IMG/VR virus record: IMGVR_UViG_3300000229_000001
Coordinates: 1 to 28,021 of that record
Length of the DNA: 28,021 nucleotides
From: a virus
Direction: 5' to 3' (one strand)
Part shown: positions 23,112 to 28,021 of the stretch, piece by piece
Layout: the number at the start of each line of letters is the position of its first letter
Numbering within the stretch: position 1 is the stretch's first letter
The notes under the pieces: generated by a model
The model's database searches: none
What the model was told of the DNA's origin: nothing
Seen by the model: only the letters and a program-made list of their open reading frames with translations
Translations under genes and position numbers: made by a program

Positions 23112-24056
23112 TTAAGCGTAGTAAACGATATCTGTTGGATTAACAAAGCTAAATCCTACTTTCATATTAGCACGTGTTCTGATAATTGGCTCAGCAACAG
23201 TATCTGCTAAGTTTACAGCACGTAAGTCAGAAGAGTCACCCTCACCATCAAAAGCATAAATAAGGTTATCTTTCAAAGTGATTACAAATGTATCATTAGA
23301 CATACCTGGACAAGTAACTATTTTAATACCTAAATAAGTCAATGCCAAATCTTGTGTGATAAATGCATTCGTATTACCTGAAGCTACACCTAATCGGTAA
23401 ATATTCACCAATTGAGTAGGCAAGTAGATACGTAAGTCAGCAGTTCTAGAAGCAATAGCAGCAGGAACTAAAGCGAAAGCCGCTTCTAATTTAGCACCTA
23501 ATCCACCCACTCCTGAGAATGTAGTGATAGCACCTGTACCACCATTGATAGCATCACCAGCTACAACTGAAGCAGCTAATCCTTTCTCGTAACCATCACA
23601 CAAAGCAAGTTGTGGATTAGCAGATAGGATATCACCTTGCCATCTTAATGCTTCAATTTGTCCTGCAATAGCATTAGCCATCTCGGACCAGTAGAAGTTA
23701 AAGAAAGAAGCTACTGAGAAATCACCGTTAGAACCTTGTGCCATTTGTAAAGATACAAAAGACTGCTCTAAGTCAAATTGGCAAATTTGAGCCATTGCAG
23801 AAAGAGCACATACATCTACTTCATGAGAGCTTAAGTCGTCTGTGTTATGGTTAGAGAAGCTACAAGGGCTAGCAGCTAGTAAGCCTGTGCCAAAAGTAAC
23901 CGTTCCGATTTTAGTTTTGTACTTGATACCAGGTAAAGTACGGAAGTTATCAGGAATATCACTACCTGAAAGGTAAGCTTGCGCGTAGAACGCCTCAGCG
24001 TTCGGTGCTAATAATGCAGAAGCATCAATGTTTAAATCAAATTTTAGTTTTCTCAT
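23112..24056 (-). CDS. major capsid protein (HK97-fold, PBSX XkdG-like context)
   Basis: 314 aa, immediately after the XkdF-like protease/scaffold gene. Ala/Gly-rich, with locally higher GC and a distinct codon choice. Followed by a hairpin. Confidence 0.75.
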   Translation of the reverse strand: MRKLKFDLNIDASALLAPNAEAFYAQAYLSGSDIPDNFRTLPGIKYKTKIGTVTFGTGLLAASPCSFSNHNTDDLSSHEVDVCALSAMAQICQFDLEQSFVSLQMAQGSNGDFSVASFFNFYWSEMANAIAGQIEALRWQGDILSANPQLALCDGYEKGLAASVVAGDAINGGTGAITTFSGVGGLGAKLEAAFALVPAAIASRTADLRIYLPTQLVNIYRLGVASGNTNAFITQDLALTYLGIKIVTCPGMSNDTFVITLKDNLIYAFDGEGDSSDLRAVNLADTVAEPIIRTRANMKVGFSFVNPTDIVYYA

Positions 24057-24071
24057 TGTTTTTTGTTTTTT

Positions 24072-25049
24072 TTATTGGTTGTTAAATTTATTGAATTTAC
24101 TTAATTTTTGCTGTACACTCATCTTTACAGCCTCTTCCATAACCTCCTCTTCTGTTTCTACTACTAGAGACTCTTCCAACTGATTTTTTAAATCAGCTAT
24201 CATAGCCACAAGTGCATCCACTTGTTCAGTAATTAATGGGCGTACTATCTCTAGTATTGCCTCAGCATCCATAGTAGGATCTACAGCCATAGTTTCCTCT
24301 TCTACTACTTCCTCTTCTTCTTCTACTACTGTATCAGCCATAGCTTCCTCTTCTACTACTACTTCCTCTTCTCTAATTTCAGTGATTTCACCATCTACTA
24401 CGACATAGATTTTGCCGTCAATTAAGTGTTCACCATCAGGTAATTTATTCATATTATTTAGTTTAAGTTGTTGCTGTTCTTTGAGCTTCATACCAAGATA
24501 ACCCTCAATTGAAAAGCCTACCTGCCCATCTGCTACCAGTTGTGCATAGTATTCTTTATCTGTTACCTGAGCTGTTACCATTAGTGTGCCTTCAGGTACT
24601 TCTATCCCAAAACTAGAATAAGCCTTATCCTCTTTGGGTGTATCTACTATCCATGCTTCTAATACATAAGCAGGTACAGTTTTCTCCGTATCATGCTCTA
24701 GGTTAAAAAGATCCTTATTACTCATATCACGCATAAACTTTGCATGAATTTTCTCTATCTCTTCTATGGTAAACTTAACATAGTACTCTTTGTTCTCTTC
24801 ATCATCCTTTCGGTATATCTCCATAGGGATAAGAGCAGGTGCTACTATTCGATACTTAACATCATCTGTAAATATCATGGGCTTAACCTGGCTATTAAAA
24901 GCCATACCCATAACTTTGATAGCAGGCGTGGATGTAAAAGCTATTTGTTCTATACCTAAGTCCTCCCCATTTTCAGAGTATTCAGGATCAATAGTAATTT
25001 TGTAAACAGGTAGATTATCTTTTGCCATACCTATATTATAATAATTCAT
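24072..25049 (-). CDS. XkdF-like prohead protease / scaffolding fusion protein
   Basis: The N-terminal ~190 aa (IAFTSTPAIKV...YRIVAPALIPM...FNLEHD...GFSIEGY) resembles the PBSX XkdF domain. The C-terminal part is an acidic E/V-rich helical tail. The true start is probably Met-8 at 25028, where the late motif ends in the ATG. Confidence 0.6.
   Translation of the reverse strand: MNYYNIGMAKDNLPVYKITIDPEYSENGEDLGIEQIAFTSTPAIKVMGMAFNSQVKPMIFTDDVKYRIVAPALIPMEIYRKDDEENKEYYVKFTIEEIEKIHAKFMRDMSNKDLFNLEHDTEKTVPAYVLEAWIVDTPKEDKAYSSFGIEVPEGTLMVTAQVTDKEYYAQLVADGQVGFSIEGYLGMKLKEQQQLKLNNMNKLPDGEHLIDGKIYVVVDGEITEIREEEVVVEEEAMADTVVEEEEEVVEEETMAVDPTMDAEAILEIVRPLITEQVDALVAMIADLKNQLEESLVVETEEEVMEEAVKMSVQQKLSKFNKFNNQ
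24285..24372. repeat. imperfect ~33-36-bp direct duplication inside the scaffold tail
   Basis: AGCCATAGTTTCCTCTTCTACTACTTCCTCTTC (24285-24317) versus AGCCATAGCTTCCTCTTCTACTACTACTTCCTCTTC (24336-24371). They encode EEEVVEEETMA and EEEVVVEEEAMA. Confidence 0.7.
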
Positions 25050-25059
25050 ATATTTGTAA
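25028..25059 (-). promoter_or_regulatory. late-motif copy b: TTACA-N17-AATATAGGTA
   Basis: Plus strand has TACCTATATT at 25028-25037 and TGTAA at 25055-25059, 17 nt apart. The final A of the motif is the A of Met-8 of the protease/scaffold ORF. The upstream box overlaps the plus-strand TATATTTG box. Confidence 0.5.
25049..25056 (+). promoter_or_regulatory. TATATTTG box (TAnnTTTG type), candidate promoter of the plus-strand cassette
   Basis: Exact TATATTTG, 14 nt upstream of the ATG at 25071. It is the only candidate signal in the short divergent gap. Confidence 0.45.
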
Positions 25060-25070
25060 AAAAATTAACT

Positions 25071-25613
25071 ATGGTAACTATTTTAGGAAGGGAGATCCCC
25101 AACAAAATTGAAGAGCTGACTATTGAGCAGTTTGAAGCAATTACAGATATTAACAATAATAAAGAGATAGATCCTGTGGATAGGCATCTGCAAATCTTTG
25201 AGTACTTAGGCATCCCTGAAAAGGAATTTTTTGACTTTGATATTGCAGATTTTATTGATATTGTTAAAGAGTTTAATACTACACCTGAGCTTACTAATAG
25301 TATGGAGCCTGTAGGCACACTAGAGCTAGATGGATTTACCTATACTGCAGAGCTTAAGCTAACAGTACGTGAAACAAAGCTAATAGAAAAGATAGCCATC
25401 CACAAACAAAAGGGATACATATCTGATATGATGGCTGTTATGTTCAAAGCGGATCACCTAACTAATGCAGAGCACTATACAGAAGCTCACCTTAAGCTAA
25501 AGTCTAAGCACATTAGGAAGTTGAAAGCGGAGTTGTGCATCCCTTACATTATGTTTGTGGCTAACAAGGTAAAAAAACAAGTAGAAAATGTACCTACCGA
25601 AGCAGTGGAGTGA
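25071..25613 (+). CDS. acidic helical protein, paralogue A (tail-assembly-chaperone-like, G-like?)
   Basis: 180 aa on the opposite strand. Its N-terminal ~70 aa are paralogous to the next ORF (IPNKIEELTIEQFEAITDIN / PEKEFFDFDIADF versus LPKQWSEVTVEQFMEIAEID / PESIEDMDIDEL). Confidence 0.4.
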   Translation: MVTILGREIPNKIEELTIEQFEAITDINNNKEIDPVDRHLQIFEYLGIPEKEFFDFDIADFIDIVKEFNTTPELTNSMEPVGTLELDGFTYTAELKLTVRETKLIEKIAIHKQKGYISDMMAVMFKADHLTNAEHYTEAHLKLKSKHIRKLKAELCIPYIMFVANKVKKQVENVPTEAVE

Positions 25614-26325
25614 AGTAACTGTAGAGCAGTTTATGGAGATTGCTGAGATAGACAAAGAGCTAGGGGCTTATCATTATAATAGTGAGATACTTTCTATCAT
25701 CACAGATGAGTCCCCTGAGTCTATTGAGGATATGGATATAGATGAGCTGAAAGGATACATAGATGAGTGCAAGTGGGCCCTCTCACAGCCATCTAATAAA
25801 TATAAGCATGAACTCTTAGGTATGAAAGTTAAGCCCTTTAATAAATTGTGCCTTTATGAGTACATAGACCTGGACTATTATTTCACTAATAACTACATAA
25901 CTAACTTAGCTAATATCTGTGGTATTTTATATAGACAAACAAAAGTAAATGAGTGGGGGGAGGAAGTGATAGAGCCTTACGAATATGATTGCACTATCAG
26001 AGCTGAGAAGTTTTTAGATTTACCTATCACAGATGTGTATGGTCTCATTAATGAGTTTCTAAAGTTTAGGGATAATTTTCTTAACACCTATAAAAACTTA
26101 TTCCAAGGGGAGGAGCTAGCAGAATTAACAACAGCAGAGAAGGCAGGGCTTACACCTGATGAGCTGAAAGAGGAGGAGGATAGTAAGAAAGATAGTAAGT
26201 GGAGCTGGGAGCGTATGATATACGGCCTGTGTAATAATGATCTTACCAAGTCTGATAAGATAGGAGGGTTACCCCTTACCTATGTTTTTAATATGATGGG
26301 GATGAAAAAAGAGTTAGACATCTAA
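25588..26325 (+). CDS. acidic helical protein, paralogue B with C-terminal extension (GT-like chaperone?)
   Basis: 245 aa. It overlaps paralogue A by 26 nt in the +1 frame. The C-terminal WSWERMIYGLCNNDLTKSDKIGGLPLTYVFNMMGM resembles the W.W..l..gL......i..l.l.....m.G motif of GTA-type tail assembly chaperones. Confidence 0.4.
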   Translation: MYLPKQWSEVTVEQFMEIAEIDKELGAYHYNSEILSIITDESPESIEDMDIDELKGYIDECKWALSQPSNKYKHELLGMKVKPFNKLCLYEYIDLDYYFTNNYITNLANICGILYRQTKVNEWGEEVIEPYEYDCTIRAEKFLDLPITDVYGLINEFLKFRDNFLNTYKNLFQGEELAELTTAEKAGLTPDELKEEEDSKKDSKWSWERMIYGLCNNDLTKSDKIGGLPLTYVFNMMGMKKELDI

Positions 26326-26766
26326 AGGGAAGCCAGGTGTAAATCCTGCAGGAGGATCTGTTGCTTCAAATGTATAAACTATCCTTTGATTTTTTTCTAA
26401 TACTTCCACCACCTCTAGTATCGGAAATCTCTTAGATAACCACTCAGTATATTGAGAGTAAATCTCAGCAGTAATGCCTGCAGAGTTCAGCTCTTCTGTG
26501 AATTGTGCTACATAATCTCTAGGAGTAATTACTCCACCATTCCATAAAAACGCTCCGTTATTTAAAAATATAAAATAATACATAGCTATTATCTGTATCT
26601 CTAATTTCTCAAAACCTGTAATCTTAGCATTGATCCTGATACTTTCTACTAGGGTACCTTCGCCATCTACTATATCATCCCTAAGTATTCGTTTCAATAT
26701 AGTAGCCATCCTTCTCCTAGTCGGATATAGTACATTAAACTCACCTGTGTTTGCGTATCTTCCCAT
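26314..26766 (-). CDS. possible HK97-gp10-like neck/tail-completion protein
   Basis: 150 aa. DGEGTLVESIRI and YYFIFLNNGAF parallel the DtG.L+.Si and hYa.fvEfG motifs of the HK97 gp10 family. Its 3' end overlaps the convergent plus-strand gene by 12 nt. Confidence 0.3.
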   Translation of the reverse strand: MGRYANTGEFNVLYPTRRRMATILKRILRDDIVDGEGTLVESIRINAKITGFEKLEIQIIAMYYFIFLNNGAFLWNGGVITPRDYVAQFTEELNSAGITAEIYSQYTEWLSKRFPILEVVEVLEKNQRIVYTFEATDPPAGFTPGFPLDV

Positions 26767-27407
26767 TATTGTATTTTTTCTACTAGCACCCCATAACTCT
26801 GAGTATTTGCTGCTACTGTATTGTTTTGAATTGTAAAATATAAGTACTGCGGAGTAGTGAAATTTTTAGAGATTACATCAAAAGCAGCCGATAATCCATA
26901 GTCTGCATTAACGTTTCCACCTGCTTGTATTGTTTTAATACTTCCTGAAGCACCTCCTATTACAGGCATAGTCCTATATATAGATACCATACCAGCACTA
27001 CCAATAGCATTAGTAGCTAAGAGAGTAGAGGTTGTTAATTGTGCAAGTGTAGGGGAAGCAATTGTCCCTATTCTTATTCTACTCTTAGGAGCGGCCCCTC
27101 CTAATGTTACTACCCTTGCAATAAAAGATGAGCGAAGCATAGCATTGCTTATTGTTGTAGGTATGGGTACAGAAGCAATCAAAGTTTCATTGGTAGTTCC
27201 AGTTACTACTGTAACAGCAGATGAGCAATATAAAGCACCACTACCACTACCTCCACTAGCAGCTGCTATAATTTGAGTGCCTGTAATTGCTGTATTAACA
27301 GGAAGCCCTCCTATAATGGAAGTACACTCTATCAAATCCGTTGCTTGTAAGTCACCTGTGTGAGCAGGTAGATTAGGTCTCCATGAGCCCCACCATCCAT
27401 TAGCCAT
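26766..27407 (-). CDS. hypothetical virion protein, Gly/Ala/Thr/Ser-rich (possible fibre or receptor-binding protein)
   Basis: 213-aa ORF whose start lies 1 nt after late-motif copy c. Beta-rich composition. No family recognised. Confidence 0.3.
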   Translation of the reverse strand: MANGWWGSWRPNLPAHTGDLQATDLIECTSIIGGLPVNTAITGTQIIAAASGGSGSGALYCSSAVTVVTGTTNETLIASVPIPTTISNAMLRSSFIARVVTLGGAAPKSRIRIGTIASPTLAQLTTSTLLATNAIGSAGMVSIYRTMPVIGGASGSIKTIQAGGNVNADYGLSAAFDVISKNFTTPQYLYFTIQNNTVAANTQSYGVLVEKIQ

Positions 27408-27408
27408 A

Positions 27409-27440
27409 TACCTATATTATATTATTAAATCCATTTGTTT
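27409..27440 (-). promoter_or_regulatory. late-motif copy c: AAACA-N17-AATATAGGTA
   Basis: Plus strand has TACCTATATT at 27409-27418 and TGTTT at 27436-27440, 17 nt apart. It fills the 31-nt gap between the 144-aa and 213-aa genes. Confidence 0.5.
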
Positions 27441-27873
27441 AAATTGGCACAGCACAGTCGGTCCAGTCATTAACTGTTAAGGTAATACTCATCTGATACC
27501 CTGCAGCATAATCTAGTAGATCATTGTTGAGGGGCGTAAAGGTAGGAACTCCTACCACATCAAAACTGTAATCAGTGCTATCCATGTAATAGATGTACAA
27601 ATCATTTAGTATCTGTTGTGTATCGCTTAAAATTGTTATGATGTTAGCTCTATCTTTTTGAATAATATCATAGCAGTAAATATCAAAATTAAACTCTGTA
27701 GTGTTTTCAGTTGGTATCACTCCACTAGGCACAATATACACTAAAGGGTATTTCTCGTCTTGAGTGGCAAAATTATATAATTGCTCTTTGAAATCACTAC
27801 CTACTTTGAATACTTGCTTATGTGCTGTATAAAAAGCTATGATATGGTTTGTTATTGCTTGTAAACTGTTCAT
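27439..27873 (-). CDS. hypothetical structural protein (possible neck or tail-terminator type)
   Basis: 144 aa, ATGA-coupled to the tape-measure stop (27870-27873). The EKYPLVYIVPSG...FNFDIYCYD layout is reminiscent of DUF3168-type neck proteins. Weak support. Confidence 0.3.
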   Translation of the reverse strand: MNSLQAITNHIIAFYTAHKQVFKVGSDFKEQLYNFATQDEKYPLVYIVPSGVIPTENTTEFNFDIYCYDIIQKDRANIITILSDTQQILNDLYIYYMDSTDYSFDVVGVPTFTPLNNDLLDYAAGYQMSITLTVNDWTDCAVPI

Positions 27874-28021
27874 AATTCTGCTGATTTATTTATTCGATTA
27901 ATTTTATCTTGCACTGATGTTACTTGAGTTTCACTTACTATAGCTGTTACGCTCATTGATGAGCTACTAGAACCCCCACCTGCACTAAAGCTCCCCCCTG
28001 TGTTAGCACTACCAAATAATT
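27870..28021 (-). CDS. tape measure protein, C-terminal end (same gene as 1-2273; 27949-28021 duplicates 1-73)
   Basis: The reading frame is preserved across the junction, because 27948 is divisible by 3. The protein ends ...SMSVTAIVSETQVTSVQDKINRINKSAEL, with a TGA at 27872-27870. Confidence 0.75.
   Translation of the reverse strand, partial: LFGSANTGGSFSAGGGSSSSSMSVTAIVSETQVTSVQDKINRINKSAEL
27949..28021. repeat. 73-bp direct terminal repeat, right copy (identical to 1-73)
   Basis: Exact identity read directly. Confidence 0.95.

Noticed and set aside
25046-25318. A minus-strand 90-aa ORF overlapping the divergent region and plus-strand ORF A.
   Set aside because: The product is low-complexity and Ser/Ile/Leu-rich, and the ORF is antisense to a well-formed plus-strand gene. 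It also conflicts with the late-motif-defined start at 25028.
25571-25577. A run of seven A residues (G GTA AAA AAA C) near the end of plus-strand ORF A looked like a -1 slippery site that could fuse A to B in a G/GT-style frameshift.
   Set aside because: ORF B is in the +1 frame relative to A, not -1. The -1 frame from this site terminates after about 15 codons (TAA). The +1 frame hits TAG at 25582-25584 before B's ATG. No productive fusion is possible, so B must initiate at its own ATG (25588).
25585-25613. A possible +1 frameshift within the 26-nt A/B overlap that would fuse the two plus-strand proteins.
   Set aside because: There is no recognisable +1 shifty codon or stop-context motif in GAA AAT GTA CCT ACC GAA GCA GTG GAG TGA. 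B also has its own N-terminal domain paralogous to that of A, which argues for independent initiation.
3009-26836. The remaining short ORFs from the track that lie antisense to, or nested in another frame of, long genes: 3009-3203, 3657-3845, 4279-4476, 4496-4681, 5675-5872, 11571-11861, 12048-12230, 12484-12774, 13966-14202, 14263-14490, 16310-16507, 16841-17092, 18809-18994, 19983-20222, 20974-21156, 24744-24959, 24790-25005 and 26630-26836.
   Set aside because: Each is fully embedded in a longer ORF with recognisable motifs or a coherent context. Their products are low-complexity, as expected for random open frames in AT-rich DNA.

Overview
This window is a complete tailed-phage genome, not a chromosomal segment. 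Bases 1-73 recur exactly at 27949-28021. The repeat lies inside one uninterrupted minus-strand frame, a 783-aa tape-measure-like protein that the ORF track misses because it wraps around the window ends. The unique sequence is therefore 27,948 bp and closes into a circle (assembly overlap or circular permutation). The genome is AT-rich and carries about 50 tightly packed genes, all on the minus strand except two (25071-26325). There are eleven ATGA stop/start overlaps and no Shine-Dalgarno sequences. These traits, TAnnTTTG-like boxes and a BT4734/VirE-type primase domain suggest a Bacteroidota (Flavobacteriia-like) host; this is inference. In transcription order (descending coordinates) the genes are: an early operon of very small ORFs (17582-16434); a degenerate HNH protein; a DnaA-domain-IV-like HTH protein beside an iteron array; a primase-helicase; CoiA-like, VRR-NUC and YqaJ nucleases with an ERF annealase and an 80-aa protein carrying an SSB acidic tip; a sigma-like factor; TerS and TerL (PBSX type); two large tail proteins; the tape measure; neck-like proteins; an inverted two-gene paralogue cassette; an XkdF-like protease/scaffold; the major capsid protein; a tube-like protein; the portal; holin, amidase and a unimolecular-spanin candidate; and a metallophosphoesterase ending at a strong terminator. 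I saw no integrase, repressor, tRNA, rRNA or CRISPR array. The most interesting signal is a five-copy bipartite motif, (A/T)(A/T)ACA-N17-AATATAGGTA, that sits on or just before start codons. It splits the morphogenesis and lysis genes into blocks. I read it as a phage-specific late promoter class giving leaderless mRNAs, possibly served by the phage's own sigma-like factor. The motif also exposes an unannotated 58-aa membrane-protein ORF and a probable mis-called start codon. All family assignments come from motif recognition by eye; no database search or structure prediction was possible.
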